A DNA stretch of 63,602 nt, the filler included, from Lenisia limosa (lineage: Eukaryota; Protista; Breviatea), in assembly GCA_001655205.1 (NCBI GenBank). It is 15 parts of 15 records of this genome, joined end to end, with 100 filler letters (N's around TTAATTAATTAA, not from the genome) between each part and the next. Parts side by side here need not be neighbours in the genome. Positions count along the whole stretch, not along the records: positions 58,711 to 62,498 come from LPNZ01006419.1; positions 62,599 to 63,602 come from LPNZ01011392.1; 13 more parts are not named here. One strand, written 5' to 3'. The notes beneath the pieces were generated by a model. It did no database searches. It was not told the DNA's origin and saw only the letters and a program-made list of their open reading frames with translations. Below, piece by piece: positions 61,701-63,602 of the stretch. A program made the translations under genes and the position numbers. The stretch's first letter is position 1. Every line of letters starts with the position of its first letter.

Positions 61701-62343
61701 ACAACTCCCCGCACAACNNNNNNNNNNNNNNNNNNNNNNNNNNNNNNNNNNNNNNNNNNNNNNNNNNNNNNNNNNNNNNNNNNNNNNNNNNNNNNNNNNN
61801 NNNNNNNNNNNNNNNCGGCCCGACCTCACCAAAACCTCCCGCCACCTCTTGCAGCCCGTCACGGTCGGCAGCATCTCATTCCGATGCCGAGACGTCCCCT
61901 AGTTCGGCCAGCCCGGACCTGATTGATGACGGAGACAGCTCAGCCTCAATGTCGGATAGGCCTGTGGCGCGCACACGAACTACGGCGCGAACTATTACCA
62001 GTGGTGAGGGGTGCGCTTTGTTTCTCTTCTAGGGCTTCACTTCGGTTCGAAAAAGACCAGTTGCAGAAGCGACTGACCTGGGCGTTGATTGATCAACAGA
62101 GTTGACTTGGGCTTTTTTGTTTTATTAAATTTTCCAATTTTACTCACCCCCCCCCCCAGNNNNNNNNNNNNNNNNNNNNNNNNNNNNNNNNNNNNNNNNN
62201 NNNNNNNNNNNNNNNNNNNNNNNNNNNNNNNNNNNNNNNNNNNNNNNNNNNNNNNNNNNNNNNNNNNNCCGCTCAAACCCTCGCCGATCCATGATCTGTT
62301 CGGCCAGCAGAAGAGTGAACCGAACTCCCCGGCCCGGCCTGAA
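58727..62343 (+). CDS. Ser/Pro-rich low-complexity protein with a ubiquitin-binding motif (UBM-like); may be more than one gene
   Basis: The long exon 59021-59640 contains NIDPTVLSELPPEIQAE (UBM pattern .D..VL..LP..I..E). Plus-strand exons continue to 62343; an alternative stop at 59983-59985 is possible. Confidence 0.6.
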
Positions 62344-62598
62344 GTGGGAGAGGTTTTTTTTTTACTTTTTGGGCAAATAGTCAAATTCCCATAATATATA
62401 GCCGTATTCCGGATCATTTAAAAAGGGGTGGCATAGTCTGTAGTTAAAAAAAAAGTGATGAAAGTGGTATTTTTCTTATTCCTCACCCCCCCCCCCCTNN
62501 NNNNNNNNNNNNNNNNNNNNNNNNNNNNNNNNNNNNNNNNNNTTAATTAATTAANNNNNNNNNNNNNNNNNNNNNNNNNNNNNNNNNNNNNNNNNNNN

Positions 62599-63602
62599 CC
62601 AGATGCCAAATGACGGACATTGTTGAGTAGAAGGAACTCTTATTAACTCCAAGAAGAATGCAGTTGTTCTCGTCACAGAAGTCCTTCATTTCATGGGAAT
62701 GTTTCAGCAGGTTGGGGGAAATGGCATCGGGGTGCTCTCGGTACCACTTTGCGATGGCATCATTATGTTTGTCTCCACAAAGAGGTATGTTCACTGAGAT
62801 TGGGGAAACCATTTCACCACCACGTGATTCAGCAGCTTTCACGGGATCACTACCACCAATAATGATGGATGCAGGAACATATTCGGCGGTCATTCGTGAT
62901 ACACTGAGTGCTGAGGCCATTACATCACACCTCGGACACCTTTAAAGTAGGCGGGACTAAAGGCAGTCTCGTCAGCAAAGAACCCATCCTAATGGGTTAA
63001 ATACAGTGTAAGAATAAACAAAGAACGAAAGTCCGCAAAATATTGAATCAATCAAAATAAAAGCAAACAATAATCCTTAGGACCAGCAAACCTTAGCTGG
63101 AATGGACTTCAATAACGCTGGTGATGAGGCTCCCAGTATGGTCGGACTTGCGCTCTTTGATATCCTTCATGGGTTAATAAATACACAAATAAGATTATTT
63201 CTATCAACTAGTCCAATACCTTCTCTATTGACGTTCTCAAATCCTGAAACGGTTTGCCGAGGCGTGATTTGGCTTCCTTGATATAGGTTTGTTCAAAGTC
63301 AGAGAGTTGCTGGGAAAGAACTTCAGTTGCTATAAGGGGTTAGTTGTAATATTTTCATAAATTACAATGAAAAGGTGGATCTCCTCACAAACCAGCTTCA
63401 AAATTGTTATCACGAGCAATGCGGAGGGCGGTGAGTTGAGTGGTGATAAGAGTTTCTATTGAAGTACAAATGCCATAGGAGAAGGCAGCCGCTTTCTGTC
63501 TTGCCTTAGTATTTGGCTGACACTCTCTTTGAGCCTGTACCAAGAAGGCATATTGGCGTTGGGCTTGGTTGATGCCTCTGGAGATGTACGTTGCTGACTC
63601 AG
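62599..63602 (-). CDS. Unknown protein fragment; phases not fully reconcilable (possible pseudogene)
   Basis: Open blocks ESATYISRGINQAQRQYAFL...DLRTSIEK and MASALSVSRMTAEY...MSVIWHL; the junction exons at 62930-63170 do not join cleanly. Confidence 0.5.

Overview
Fragmented draft assembly of an intron-rich eukaryote. The gene content (NF1-like, Src1/Man1, HutI, Dictyostelium-style Cys-rich surface protein) suggests an amoebozoan-like protist, but this is inference. The window is not one locus: it is 15 contigs joined by 14 artificial N44-TTAATTAATTAA-N44 spacers, and it has many internal N gaps. By manual splicing (GT-AG introns, mostly 45-450 nt) I recognise complete or partial genes for BTAF1/Mot1, Src1/Man1, TRAPPC2L, homocysteine S-methyltransferase, VPS33, an ankyrin protein, a pseudokinase-KEN-like protein, imidazolonepropionase, neurofibromin, an intron-containing pogo/Fot1-like transposase, a STAND-like P-loop NTPase, a LamG protein, an RD/RS-rich protein and ASNSD1, plus several unknowns. 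The most striking unexplained structure is in the introns. Two related ~130-150 nt repeat families (called B and D here, about 25 copies) share a terminus TTTTACTCCCC(n) and sit at splice sites with consistent polarity: C-tract-last just before 3' acceptors, or G-tract-first just after 5' donors. Some introns carry both ends and could fold as hairpins, and some copies lie next to duplicated exon-junction sequence. Several TA-flanked hairpin MITE families are also abundant. All protein identities come from remembered motifs, not database searches.
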